Source: Octopus vulgaris
Taxonomy: Eukaryota
Direction: 5' to 3'
NCBI GenBank assembly: GCA_951406725.2
Contig: OX597815.1
Span: 32,178,001-32,242,000, forward strand
DNA: 64,000 nt
The translations under genes were made by a program, and so were the position numbers. The notes beneath the pieces were generated by a model. The model ran no database searches and was not told where the DNA came from. It worked only from the letters and a program-made list of their open reading frames with translations. Positions 13,437-26,844 of the stretch are shown in pieces; the stretch's first letter is position 1, and each line of letters opens with the position of its first letter.

Positions 13437-13885
13437 GATGGCTGCCATTCGATTTTGAGCAATGCCAACGTTTGGTTGCTCTCTTAAACATTAGCAGCAT
13501 GGACGCGGCTTTTCAGTCCTTCTAGGGAGCTATACACTTTTACACAGGTGTAGCAGATGATATGAGAGATCATCATCCATGCTGTCACTTGCGTTCATTT
13601 CTTCATATAGCGTTTTGCTTTTCTTGATTACAGCCAACCATAGTATGCAACACATAATAGAGAAATTATAAATCAAGCGATGCTTCGCCTGATGCCTTTT
13701 AAAGTATGGAAAGGCCTTGCACATGGCCAATCCCGTTATCTAAATAAACAACGTAGGCGTTTGCCCAAAAGTCTGCATAACTGGATGTAAACGAAGTTGT
13801 GAGTGTTTTACCAAGCTTGGTAGGGTTGTTGGTTAAGTGGCTGACAGCCCGACCATGCGACAGGTTGTACCTGGTTACATGTTAC
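13437..13885 (-). pseudogene. RTE-clade LINE 3' fragment
   Basis: Minus strand ICYTCVKVYSSLEGLKSRVH resembles the terminal zinc finger of RTE elements; short tail ending gaatggcagcc next to a microsatellite. Confidence 0.55.
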
Positions 13886-14063
13886 CAGTAACACTAAAAT
13901 TAACCTAACATACATGTACACAACGACACACACACACACATATAAAAACATATTCATATATATATACATGCTTATGAATAGATAGACAGACAGACGGACG
14001 AACGAGCAGACAGACAGGCAGACAAGCAATAAGACAGACAGACAGACAGACAGACAGATAGAC

Positions 14064-14116
<53 letters not shown>

Positions 14117-14291
14117 TTACTGGTACTTGTTTCACCAAGAGAAGACTTACATTCAAATCAAGTATATAAATCAAGTATAATGACAGCTGTGATACAAATG
14201 GCGCCTGTCTATATAATGAACATTACTACATGTGAACATAAGATGGCATTGTTCTTCGTGAGAAAACATTTTCTACATTAGCTCCCTCAAA

Positions 14292-14690
14292 ACCTATTTC
14301 TTTACTATCCACAAGGGGCTAAACACAGACAGGACAAACAAGGACAACAAACGGATTAAGTCGATTATATCGACCCCAGGGCGTAACTGGTACATATTTA
14401 ATCGACCCCGAAAGGATAAAAGGCAAAGTCGACCTCGGCGGAATTTGAACTCAGAACATAACGGCAGACGAAATACCTATTTCTTTACTATCCACAAGGG
14501 GCTAAACACAGAGAAGACAAACAAGGACAGACAAACGGATTAAGTCGATTATATCGACTCCAGTGCGTAACTGGTACTTATTTAATCGACTCCGAATGGA
14601 TAAAAGGCAAAGTCGCCCTCGGCGGAATTTGAACTCAGAACGCAGAGGCGGACGAAATACCACAAAGCATTTCGCCCGGCGCGCTAACGT
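14292..14690 (-). mobile_element. SINE family A tandem dimer
   Basis: Two ~183-bp head-to-tail units joined at aaagaaataggtatttcgtctg (minus strand). Confidence 0.85.
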
Positions 14691-15407
14691 TGTGTGTATG
14701 TATGTACGTACGTATCCATAAAACACACAATGACGCAGAATGAAATTACTCAATTCGCTAAATTGTTCAGGCATGACTTTCAGCATGTCGACTTCATGTT
14801 GTATATTAATAACACGACAAAGCTCTTATGGCTCTGCCAACTGACACAGTCGTTAGACAATAGGACAATATGCCTCACGATATTAATTCCGCGCCTCTGC
14901 CACCTGAGTTCAAAACCTGGTGAAATCAGTTTTGCTTTCATCCTTTCTGGATTGGTAAATATGGCACCAGTTCAGTTCTGAGCTCCATTATTCTCTCTGT
15001 CTATCTATCTCTCTTTCTTTGGAAGAGGATGGGTGAGGACAGACCTGGAAATGGACGTGTTCGGTCAGATTTAAACGAGTAAGACACACTATATAACAGG
15101 ATGGCACTCCTACAATTCCTGCATAAGTTGCGGGTTCAAGACCAGACGATGCTTTTATATGTATGGAGGGTTTAAAGTCAGGTCTTCTGCAAGAAAACAC
15201 TCATCTTTTATGTAGGGCCATCGATGCTGCTTTCCGGCGACAGCCTTCACTTATCTATGACATAATAATATGAACGTGTGGTTATCTTAATTTCTCATGT
15301 ATGTGTATTTGTGTGCGTGTGCGTGTGTGTATGTGCATATTTATCTATCTATCCATCCATCTATCTATCTATCTCTCTCTCCCTCCCTTGCTATATATAG
15401 ATATATA

Positions 15408-15820
15408 GGCGCAGGATTGGCTGTGTGGTAAGTAGCTTGCTAACCAACCACATGGTTCCGGGTTCAGTCCCACTGCGTGGCACCTTGGGCAAGTGTCTTC
15501 TGCTATAACCCCGGGCCGACCAATGCCTTGTGAGTGGATTTGGTAGACGGAAACTGAAAGAAGCCTGTCGTATATATGTATATGTAAATATATGTATGCG
15601 TGTGTTTGTGTGTCTGTGTTTGTCCCCCTAGCATTGCTTGACAACCATGCTGGTGTGTTTACGTCCCCGTCACTTAGCGGTTCGGCAAAAGAGACCGATA
15701 GAATAAGTACTGGGCCTACAAAGAATAAGTCCCGGGGTCGATCTGCTCGACTAAAGGCGGTGCTCCAGCATGGCCGCAGTCAAATGACTGAAACAAGTAA
15801 AAGAGTAAAAGAGTAAAGAG
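15408..15820 (+). mobile_element. tRNA-derived SINE family B (CORE-like, octopus OR-type), full length
   Basis: A box tggctgtgtgg, B box ggttcagtcc, ccttgggcaagtg core, internal TA/TG microsatellite, tail cagcatggccgcagtcaaatgactgaaac followed by short A-rich repeats. Confidence 0.85.
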
Positions 15821-15851
<31 letters not shown>

Positions 15852-16589
15852 GTGTATATATGGATGTGTGTATGCATGTATGTGTGTATGTATGTTTGTA
15901 TGTATGTACATATGCATTTGACATCCATTTGCATTTAGTCAATTATAAGAACAATTAAGCATGGAGCATTTGACGGAAAACCTCCAATCGACTTGCTTAA
16001 CAGCAGGTCTCACCTTCAGTAGAGCAAAATAAATTATGTCGTTTCGTTTCAGTTTTAATCTACCATACTTGTTAAATAAGAATGAATGTCACCTGATGTT
16101 TTTCCCTTAATGCCATAGTATATTGACCGTACTCTTATGTTATTACTCTCTCCACCCATATTCACATAAACATTCTTATTTTTTTTCTGGTCTTCGATTA
16201 AATGTAACAGTTTGCAGCGATATTTCAATCAGACTGGGTGATACGACTTCACAGTATATCTTAGCTAGTTACTAACGCGGTTGTCTTTCATACCAGTAAG
16301 ATCGTCTTCAAGAAGTAAGTTTGATGTATTTTTTATAGCGACTTTTACTTTTCTTTCACCTTCTATTTTTATATATTTCTTTTCAACAGAATTCTTGTTA
16401 CACTCTCAGTTTGATTAACTAGTTAAACTTAATCGTTTTCTTAAATGCGCACAGCAGCGCAACTACAGAAAGCGCTGACTTTGTAAAAATGATTTACATC
16501 ATAAACATAAGGTCACAAATCTAGTTATAGATTGACACCGTTATTTAACTGGTACCTAATTTATAATAATAACAATTCTTTCTCTGGAA

Positions 16590-16754
16590 GCACAAGGTCT
16601 CAAATTTGGAGGAAGAGATTAAGTCGATTACATCGACTCCAGTGCGTAACTGGTAAAAGACGACCTCGGCGGAATTTGAATTCAGAACGTAGCAGCAGAC
16701 GAAATGCCGCTAGGCTTTCGCCCGGCGTGCTAACGATTCTACTAGCACGCCGCC
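16590..16754 (-). mobile_element. SINE family A
   Basis: Family consensus match with an internal deletion. Confidence 0.75.
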
Positions 16755-16767
16755 TTAATAATACTAA

Positions 16768-17312
16768 TCAGGCAGCGGAACTCATGGTTTCTGATCTTAA
16801 CTGATTGGAAGTGTTATCATGTATAATGTTTTGTCTTAGTATAAAAGATGTGTACAGCAAATATTCTGCTCAATACCACAGATTTGCTTATCAGTTATTT
16901 AATCTTAACCAGTTGAGCGTCTCCCTCAGTGACTGATAAACATGTGCATCTCTAACCACGAGCAGAAGTAGTGGGGGAGCATCACCATGTGTTGAAAGGA
17001 ATTCTTAGAGGTTTGAATGATTCACCTCTGGAAACATGGGTGTTTTGTTCAACATCCTTAAACAACCCTTATTCTGTGACCTTTTGAGCGGGATGCGCTA
17101 CTCGACCTGAAGAAAATACTAACAGGGTCCCACCTGCAAGGTCATGTGCTGTTTATCTTGATATGAAATCACCATGTCGCGCACATATGGTTGTGATGCA
17201 TGTGCCTGGTGTACCTCATCAGACGGGTAGTAATGACTGAGTATACAGGACTTCGCATATTTTACCCTATGTATCACTTTGATGGCATTCGCTGCTCTCT
17301 CACTCAATAATA
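16768..17312 (+). mobile_element. ~550-bp (TAA)n-tailed element, R4/Dong-like 3' UTR derivative
   Basis: Homologous to 28443-29001; ends gctctctcactcaataataat. Confidence 0.75.
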
Positions 17313-17358
17313 ATAACGATGATGAGGAGGAGGAAGAGGAGGAAGAGGAGGATGAGGA

Positions 17359-19655
17359 TTATGATGATGGATCCTCCTTTAATTTGTTTAAATCATCAAT
17401 GTAAAAATTATTTATATTTTTATCAAACGTCTTATAGCCATATTGTATATCATCGAGCAATTTCGAGAGAAGTATTAAGGCTAGATGAAAGAGGAGTGAG
17501 GATAGAGAGTCACCCTGGAAAATGCCGCATGAAATTCTTACATCCCCAGCATTGAGAGATTCATTGTCACTGTTCAAAGTCACAGTGGTTTTTCATGATC
17601 TCATACTTATAGACAAAACGTTTCGCAAAGTAGGTGCTATTTTATAAATTTCCAGACATTTCTCAATCCAGCTATGTGGTAGACTATCAAAAGCTTTTTT
17701 ATAGTCTATCCAGGCTATTGACAAGTTCTTGTGTAGTTTGTGACTATCTTCCAAGATCATCTTATTGATGAATAGCTCTTTACAACCATAGGACCCACGT
17801 TTACATCTTTTTTGCTTATTAGGGAATATACCACTTTCAGTTAAAAAAACTATTAACGTATTTAGTCAAGACAGATGTTAGCATTTTATACATTGTGGTT
17901 AAACAGGTTGTGGGGTTATAATTTTTTGATTCATTTGTTTCTTCATTTTTTTTTTTTTTTGAAAGTGAAAATGTAACACCATTAACTAAGCCAAGAGGGA
18001 ATTGAACTAGATTGCTACAAAACATTGTTGTAAAGTTTTGTTAGTAGTTCATGACTCTCTTGGAAGGCATTCAACCAGAAGTTAAGAATTTTATCCTTTC
18101 CTGGAGACTTCCATTTGCTTGACTTCTTGAGAGTAGATCTTACATTCTCTACCTTGATACTTGCCCGCTTTTGCTCTTCTAAGGAGTTTAAGTCAGTAGA
18201 TATTTTATCAATTCAAGGGACCTTTTCATTGTTTTTTTCTTCTGCCCAAATTTTGTTCCAAAATCCCTGCACTTCTTTTGATGGAACAGACTTTGCTATA
18301 ACTGGTATTTTCCCTATCTTCCTGTAAAAAATTTTGGTGTTATTTTTTAACATGTTGTTGTCCTTGAAGAATCTAACGCGCTTTTCCTTCCGTACTATGC
18401 AGGCAGCTTTAGCAAATACCTTTTGCTTGATAGTTTCTATGGTGATATCGATATCAAGTATGGTTTTCATATACTTTTTCTTAAATTTTCGGCTTTCTGT
18501 TGGTTTGATATTCTTGTCAAACTTGAGGTTTTTTAAACATTCTATGTCAGACAAATTAACTGAATTTGGTGTTGAATACGCTGTTGCTAAACTGGCTTTT
18601 TGTGAGAATGTTGCCGTTTTCTAATCTTTTCACCACATAGAATCGTTGAGATCTTTGTGGATGCATAGTACCGGTGATTGAGATCTGTAATATCAACATC
18701 ATTTGCTGAAATTATCTACTTAAGTGCAAGGCGGATTTTACCAATTACTTTCAGGTTTTGGTTAGAGTTACGACTTTTTAGGAGAGTATCACGTTCATTC
18801 ATACTGGTTTCTTTAATTGTAAGCCATTCAAGCATGGTTTTATTTTTTAGATCATCTAGTCCAGTTGGGTCAGTTTCTGTGTGACTTTCTTCATCTATTT
18901 GATTTTCATCTGCCTTGGTGTTTATGGTTGGTTCAGAAAGTATTTTACTTTGCTTATCAGTTACATTGACTCTTTCTATCATTACTGCATTTTCATCAGA
19001 CCTGGGTTGGTCTATAATTATTTCCTCAGTAGCGTCTTCTTTAACTGCAACTTCGTTCTTTTTATCCTTTACTGATTATTTAATTTGGTCAATCTCTAAT
19101 TCAGTTAGTAATTTCTTTTTCATAATGCTTCTTCTGACGTTGGCAAGTTTGATACTATCTATGTAGGATCTTTCTTCAAAGTGCTTCTCTCTCCAGTTTA
19201 GGTAGGTTTGTTCAGTATTAGATTTATATGTGGGGAAATACATGTCACGATAGAAAGCCTGAAGAACTTCTTTATTATCTCCCCTCCACCATTTTTCATT
19301 ATTTTTCTTTTGATTATTTGATGACGAGCGTGGATGGCCATGTGTTGGAATATTATTTCAGCTGCGTGGGATACTTCCAGCTGCTGTGTTTCAGGAAGAT
19401 TTGTACCAGTAGCTGATTTTTCGCACTCAGTCTGGTTCCTCACTGGGGGCGCGACCCTTGTTGACTTGGATGACGACTGATTCGGTGTGTATTTTGCTTT
19501 GTTATCGTTGAGGCATGACGAGCTTGGATGTTGACATTAGGGGACGGATCTGTCTATTTAGAGTTAACTTTTTGAGACAACATCGCCTCCGAGTTACCTG
19601 AATGAAAACATTGCTCGTATCATAGCTTCTTAAGGCTAACAGATCTGTATTCGTC
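17359..19655 (-). pseudogene. R4/Dong-like non-LTR retrotransposon, 5' half with reverse transcriptase (decayed)
   Basis: KNYNPTTCLTTMYK, AWIDYKKAFDSLPHSWI, GIFQGDSLS, FYIDDL; 5' end abuts (TAA)n. Confidence 0.9.
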
Positions 19656-19656
19656 T

Positions 19657-19738
<82 letters not shown>

Positions 19739-19804
19739 CACTATCATTAGTAGTATTAGTATTATTATTATTATTATTATTATCATCATCATCATCATTA
19801 TTAA

Positions 19805-20015
19805 GATGGTGTAGCAATAAATTGTTAGCACACCGGACAAAATGCTAAACGGCATTTCGTCTGTCTTTACGTTCCAATTTCAAATGCTACCGAGATCAAC
19901 TTTACCTTTCATCCTTTCGGAATCGATAAAACAAGTTCCAGCTGAGTAGTGGGGATCGATGTATACGACTCATCCCCTCCCCCAAAGCTGCTGGTCATGT
20001 GTCAAAAGTTGAAAC
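19805..20015 (+). mobile_element. SINE family A, diverged
   Basis: acctttcatcctttcggaatcgataaaa core. Confidence 0.65.
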
Positions 20016-20016
20016 C

Positions 20017-20097
<81 letters not shown>

Positions 20098-20106
20098 ATT
20101 ATTATT

Positions 20107-20745
20107 GCCTTTGCACAACTTCTAACGCTGGAGATGTACTACAGTGTCAGCTGTTCCCTACCAGTGAACTAAGGTAACACCTCTTATTTTTCGAGCACCT
20201 TCCGGAGTATTCGAGCGGTTCCAAGCAGTGCTGTTTTCTGTGAGTGCTCTACCCTTATTGCAGCCCCTATTTGTTCCACGTACTTCTCGAGATTTTTGCT
20301 CACCGTTCCCAGGGATCCGACGATTATTGGTACTACTGCTACCTTTTTCATCGACCACAACTGGTTAACTTCCCAAGCTAACCTGTCATATCTCTCGACT
20401 TTTCTTTCTTCCTTATCGCATACCTTGTTGTCAGCTGGGCATGCTATGTCTATGATCCAGCATAGTTTGTTTTCTTTCTCAATTAAGACTATGTCCGGCT
20501 TCCTATTCTCAATCTCATAGTCGCACTGAATCATAAAATCCCATAGGATTTTTGCACTTTTATTTTCGACAATGCCTTCAGGTTTGTGGTCGTACCAATT
20601 TTTTGCTCTGTCAAGTCCATACTTGTTGCAAAGTGTCCAAAGGATAAACCTGGCTATAATGTCGTGGCGTCTCTTATATTCCATCTGGGCTAGTGGTGTA
20701 CATTGACTGGTAATATGCCATACGGTTTCACCGTTTTGCCCACAG
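20107..20745 (-). pseudogene. 5'-truncated R4/Dong-like LINE (RLE domain) inside (TAA)n
   Basis: CGQNGETVWHITSQC, YKRRHD, RKPDIVLIEK...IDIACP, KVERYDRL; (TAA)n on both sides. Confidence 0.9.
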
Positions 20746-20786
20746 ATTATTACTACTGCTGCTGCTGCTACTACTACTACTACTAC

Positions 20787-20852
<66 letters not shown>

Positions 20853-20858
<6 letters not shown>

Positions 20859-21462
20859 TTCCGTCTTAGCGAAGGTGAAGGTATTGTTTTCAGTCGTGTT
20901 TATTAGTTTATCCGTGGACAAGATATCTCAAGAACCACTGGATGGATTCGGATGAATCTTTCAGGGATGTTTGGCCTCATGACTGGCACAAACTGATTAG
21001 ATTTTGAGATCGATCTGATACTGGACAATGATTGTGGATTAATTGTTATATGTATTTTACATGATCAATGTCTTACGTTAATGTTCAAGTCTTTCCCAGT
21101 TATCTCTCTTTAGGCTGTAACTAAATTGAATCGTGAATTTGTTAACTTTGGCTTGTATTAGATAAGAATAAATTATTTATTACTGTCACTAAATTTTCTA
21201 CAGCTACCTTCAAATATTCCATGACCCTCATTGGAATCGATCAGGCACCGGACAAGGATTCTGGATTATTTTCCTGTGATTTTTTGCTTTTGTTTTTTTT
21301 TTTACTTAATCTTTGAGAGCAGTCGGGTTCATTTTTAGTATTTTCGTTTGTGAGAGCAGTTGAGTTTATTCTCAGATATTCTCATTTTAAAAATTCATCT
21401 CTGGCTAATCGTTGAAAGGACGTTGGTGATACAATGGTGGAGGTTTGCGCAGAGTGCTCTTA
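20853..21462 (+). mobile_element. Helentron-associated non-autonomous element (HINE/DINE-like)
   Basis: ttattacttccgtc... start and ...ggtggaggtttgcgcagagtgctctt end (subterminal inverted repeat plus terminal hairpin); internal gatatctcaagaacc; T-rich flanks. Confidence 0.55.
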
Positions 21463-21794
21463 TTATTATTATAATTATTATTATTTTCAACATAGTGCAG
21501 CCGTAACTACAAAAATTTCTTTTTGTTTTGGACATTGAGTGTTCGGGAGAGTTTACCCCATACTTGGTTAAGTACCTTAATCGCTTTTTATAAATACGTC
21601 TATCGTTTTCGTACGGTTTAGTAGTAGACTAAAAATGATTTCTCATTTTGGAGGATCGCCTCCTAAATGAATAGCATTCCCAAATAAATAGCGTAAATGA
21701 GAAGCCAAAATAGCTTCCAAAACGACAACAAAAAATATTAATGAGCAATCCCAAAAATAAACAAATGTTTAAAAACATTTAAAACGATTATATA

Positions 21795-21965
21795 GGCGTA
21801 GGAGTGGCTGTATGGTAAGTAGCTTGCTTGCGAACCACATGGTTCCGAATTCAGTCCCACTGCGTGGCTCCTTGGGCAAGTGTCTTCTACTATAGACTCG
21901 GCCGACCAAAGCCTTGTGAGTGGATTTGGTAGACGGAAACTGAAAGAAGACCGTCGTATATACGA

Positions 21966-22001
<36 letters not shown>

Positions 22002-22242
22002 ACGTATGTATGTGTGTGTATATGTTTGTGTGTTGTGTTCCCCACCCCAACATCGCTTGACAACCGATGCTGGTGTGTTTACGTCCCCGTAACTAAGCGG
22101 TTCGGCCAAAAGAGACCGATAGAATAAGTACTAGGCTTCCAAAGAATAAGTCCTGGGATCGATTTTCTCGACTAAAGGCGGTGCTCCAGCATGGCCACAG
22201 TCAAATGACTGAAACAAGTAAAGAGTAAATAAGTAAAAGAGT
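21795..22242 (+). mobile_element. SINE family B, full length
   Basis: Near-identical to 15408-15820. Confidence 0.85.
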
Positions 22243-22710
22243 AATTACACTTCCATAAAAATATTTTAAAAAGCACAACACTGCAGATAACATGTTTGGT
22301 AACAACAACAATAGTATCAGCATCGACGGCAGCGAAAGCATGTCAGAAGTTTGGTCCATTGATTTCCCATTTGTGATATGTTGACGATGTTCTGTCTCTG
22401 GCTAACGTGGGGTGCTTTCAAATGTTACCAAACCGTAATTGTACTGATCATCAAATTAGTTAACGTGGTCACAAGACCTGGTGCGATGAGAACAGAATAA
22501 TGAAAAAGTAAAAACTACATTCCATTGACTTAAGGGAGACAACTTATGTGAATAGATAATCGTTCTTCTTCTTTGAGTAGATTACACCTAGTGCAGCCAT
22601 ATATATTATATGATATATATATATTATATATATCATATATTCCTCCTCCACCTCACTCTCTATTTTGTATCTTATCTAAATTAAGTATTACTTAATCATC
22701 CTCTCACACT

Positions 22711-22758
22711 GTCTCCGATGAAGGGATATAATACATATCCCGGAAACAGCTGTAAGGC
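22711..22758 (+). ncRNA. hammerhead motif, CCGAUGA variant
   Basis: gtct-CCGATGA-a-gggatat(aatac)atatccc-g-GAAACagctGTA-aggc; palindromic helix III ACAGCTGT. Confidence 0.65.
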
Positions 22759-22821
22759 CTTCTATCTATAAATGTTCTAAAATCTACACAGCCTTGGTTT
22801 TTTTTTTATCTCATTACTAAA

Positions 22822-22882
<61 letters not shown>

Positions 22883-23180
22883 GTGGCGGAATGGGTCTAA
22901 AAATATTGGTTACCTGGAGACTAAGGGGGCCCACCCGCAACTACAATGCTATCGTTTATTTATTTTTTTTTTTTTGTCAAAATTATTCTTTTCAACTGTC
23001 TACAAACACAGCCAGGCTGAAATAATTAATGTATTCTTCCAGAAGTAAATAGAAAATTCTCAAACTTGAGGGGATGGGTCCCTTAGATACTAACATGGGC
23101 CCACAGATATGGATTCTAATGGTGCAGGGCCCACTTGCCATCAAGTAAGCTGACTCACACACAGACACACATACACACGC

Positions 23181-23230
<50 letters not shown>

Positions 23231-23419
23231 CGCTTTTATTAATTTGTGTTGCAAGATTCCTGATGTGAAATCGTGTGTTGAAACAGATATTGTTGCATTT
23301 TGGGATGGCCATTTTTATTTATTTATTTTTTTGCCAAATAAAAGCACGCACTATATATTTGGTTTCCACTCGTTTATTACTGTTCTGTTTTTTTTTTTTT
23401 CATTGTAACTCATGTCCAT

Positions 23420-23464
23420 TGTCCAGAAATCTTTCGTCACACATCTGTGACCTCTTCAGCGACA
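23420..23464 (-). ncRNA. minimal hammerhead motif
   Basis: Minus strand: tgtcg-CTGAAGA-g-gtcaca(gatg)tgtgac-GAAAgatTTC-tggaca; perfect 6-bp stem II. Confidence 0.65.
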
Positions 23465-23747
23465 CTTTTCGTTTTCGTGTGTGCTCTTACTCCCCTTACT
23501 CCATTCTGTTCTTCTAAGATGTGTATCCTTATGTGCGCATGCGTTTGCGTCCGTGTGTGTGTGTGTGTGTGTGTATGTGTGTGTGTGTATGTGTGTGTGT
23601 ATGTGCGCGCGTGTGTGTGTGTGTGCATATGTGTGTGGGTATATATATATACATATTCATACTCGTAACCGCAAGCGTGCAAATCAGATGCTCTCGCTCA
23701 TGCACATATATGGACATACGCACGCATGCTCACACAAGCTCTTGTAC

Positions 23748-23841
<94 letters not shown>

Positions 23842-23869
23842 TGGGCTTGCGTGTTTAGAATCTTTAGCA

Positions 23870-25490
23870 AAAGCTGTTAATGAAGTTTGAATTAGGTGAA
23901 GTGAATACCTGAATTACTCCAAACTTGTCGCATGACTGATGTTGTTTTGCGACCATCATGGTTCTGTTTCTGTCTCTGATGTGATGTAGTCGTCTACGGT
24001 TATATTGTTGTGTAATTGTTGCTTAGCGAGCCTTTCAGGAAATGTGTATTCTTGGTAGATAGAGTCTGATGTAGTGAAATTGATGCGCCGATAGATGCCT
24101 TGTTTTTTGAAATGGCACAATTCTTCTCGATCATAAATATTCGAATATTCTGATAGGTTAAGAGTAGCTTATTATAGTTTAGCACTAAAGGATTGTAGAT
24201 GCAAGTGTGGGACTATTTTGTCATTTCACCAGCTTACGGAGTGACGCGTTTAGTAGGATGAAGGAACAAGTACTAATGTGGTATTTACAAACTTAATAGA
24301 ATCAGTATACTTTCTCGGGGCATGTGGCTGGAATTAATGTGGAATTTCGGTGTGCTATGATGGTGGCTATGGATGTTGGTGACTGTAATGAGGGTGTAAA
24401 TAGTGAGAATGTTCGGAGATCAGGGAGTTAGGGGTTGAAGAAGCTCGTTTCTCAGGTTGAATTTGTCGTTCCATTTAAATGTGAATGTGTTAGAAAGTAG
24501 TTCATTTAAGCTTTATCTGCAGATATAATACGAAATGGTTGGTTGGTTTTAAATAAGAATATCCGCTGGAAGAGAGGGTGTTTTCAGCACGTTAATAGTA
24601 CCAAGATTCCATTGATTACATACTTTGCTGCTCTTTCTGGAATTATCCGCGGCACTCCAGCTCATGAAAGGGTTCTCACAGCGGTCCTTCAATTTCTCGA
24701 CGAATTCAGACATTGCTTTTTTTCTCTTTTATTGAAGGAGGCTATGTATTGTATATATACCGGACCTTGGGGGTATTTCTGGTGAAACTGATATATATTT
24801 TCGATGTTTTGTCCACTTCAGACATAACTTCTCGGTATACCAAGGAGCAGGGATAGTTGGTAGTTTATCTGCAATGGAAATGATGCCGTTTCCCTTGCTC
24901 TGGTTAAAAATGTGTGATCCTATCATACTTAAGTGGCTATAAATAATTTTCACAACAAATCTAAAATAAAATTAGAAACGTGGTTTTATACTATATATGT
25001 GATGTAGGGTAGGTATCTACCAAAGTTTTAAAAAAAATTTAGCTATAATTGTAACTATATTGATGCTGTATGGTGAGTTAAACCACATGAATTTTCTATG
25101 TTTGCATCTGTTTTATCGGATGGGAAGGTGGGTTCTATAAAGTTAATTTCCCCACAAAACACGCTTCTGTCAAATGTTTTATTATGATGAGAACTAACTT
25201 TGTCTAATATGGACTTATCTAAGGGCAGGTTACAGATGTATCGACCAGCGTCACTAATGAATCAAATAACAAATGAGAGTGGGCGATTGGAGTTTTTATT
25301 AATGTAGGTTTTGCCGTTGCTTAGGTTTATATTAATGTCAGAAGTAATCTTTCCTTGGTCGGTTCTTATTGCTAGTTTAAGTTTTAATTGCTGGAATATT
25401 CTAATGAACTACTTTTTGATACTGTCTGCTTCGTATCCTATTACATACTATTTCTGGTTGAACAAACTTCGTTTTTAGACCTGTTTAAGA
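23870..25490 (-). pseudogene. Penelope-like element RT C-terminus / GIY-YIG region (decayed)
   Basis: Minus strand IKK*FIRIFQQLKLKLAI, TYINKNSNRP, RKFMWFNSPYSINIVTIIAKFFLKL match the PLE motifs YINxxSNHP and WFNPPYS. Confidence 0.75.
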
Positions 25491-25532
25491 TCAGAAGCTC
25501 GCGAGATATAGTTATGTATATATGTATTTTTT

Positions 25533-25715
25533 CTTTTACTTGTTTCAGTCATTGAACTGTCATGGAGGGGTACTGCCTTGAAGGGGTTAGTCCAGCAAAT
25601 CGAACTTAGTATTTATTCCATCGGTTTCTTTTTGCCGAACAGCTAAGTTACGGGGACGTAAGCAAACGGACACCGTTGTCAAGTGGTGGTAGGAGAAAAC
25701 ACATAGAGACGCTCA
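25533..25715 (-). mobile_element. SINE family B, 3' part
   Basis: tacttgtttcagtcatt...ttttgccgaacagctaagttacggggacg. Confidence 0.7.
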
Positions 25716-25745
25716 CATAGAAATATACATATATAGATACATTCA

Positions 25746-25776
<31 letters not shown>

Positions 25777-25905
25777 TTACATACATACATACATGCATGC
25801 ATGCATGCATACATACATACATACATACATACATACATACATACATGCATGCATACATACATACATACATACATACGTACGTACGTACGTACGTACATAC
25901 ATACA

Positions 25906-25994
<89 letters not shown>

Positions 25995-25995
<1 letters not shown>

Positions 25996-26385
25996 AAAAG
26001 AACAATATTTTAAACCAGTAAGGAAAAATGGTGACCGATGATTTGACCAATAAAAGAAAGACAATTTAGAGATCATCATCATCATCATTGTTCGACCGTA
26101 TTTAGAGATACCTGATACAATAAACGAAAGAGAACCAAATTGCAATGTAATAAAATTTGGCGACAACCAAATAGAATTCGCAGAGTCAATACAGACATTA
26201 AGAGAATAACAATATTGAGAAACCGGATATAATAATTAAGCAATAAAAATAAAACAAACGACGAATTGACCAATAAAAAGCAACAATGTGACAATAGGAC
26301 AATAATCAAGAAGACAATGCAACAATTAAGTTATTAAAACAAATGGCAATTGAAAGAAACCGGATGCAAATATGCAAATCTAATC
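25995..26385. promoter_or_regulatory. candidate cis-regulatory module (Sox/DMRT/POU/ETS/CCAAT motif cluster)
   Basis: ~10 ACAAT cores, tandem ATGCAAAT x2 at 26364-26379, gaaaccggat x2, ttgaccaataaaa x2. Confidence 0.3.
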
Positions 26386-26456
26386 AGTTACGAAAGCTTT
26401 ATGTTATTTGCATTTTTTTTAATTGACTGAAGAGGTTTACATACGTATATACATGC

Positions 26457-26534
<78 letters not shown>

Positions 26535-26729
26535 CAATGCATGTATATACGTATGTACATGATAATACTTCCAATCAGTACAGAAGCCATGAGAGCCACT
26601 GATACAAGTTGGCTCCAAGTCTCACCCAGAGACCTCAAGAGACAACAGGGTTGGATTCATGTTGTTGTTATGCCTAGTGTGCCATATATTTGGGGGGTGG
26701 GGATGTTGTACTAATGAATGTCTAAAAAG

Positions 26730-26783
<54 letters not shown>

Positions 26784-26844
26784 TTTTTTTCTTTTTTTTT
26801 TTTTCCCTTTAAACCGAAAATTATGTTTGTTTTAAACCTTGAGA

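Noticed and set aside
14988-15270. Possible exon in a unique GC-richer block
   Set aside because: All plus-strand frames have stops, and the open minus-strand frame matches nothing recognisable.
15408-15480. tRNA genes at SINE heads
   Set aside because: A and B boxes are present, but the sequence continues into SINE bodies and no complete cloverleaf is evident.
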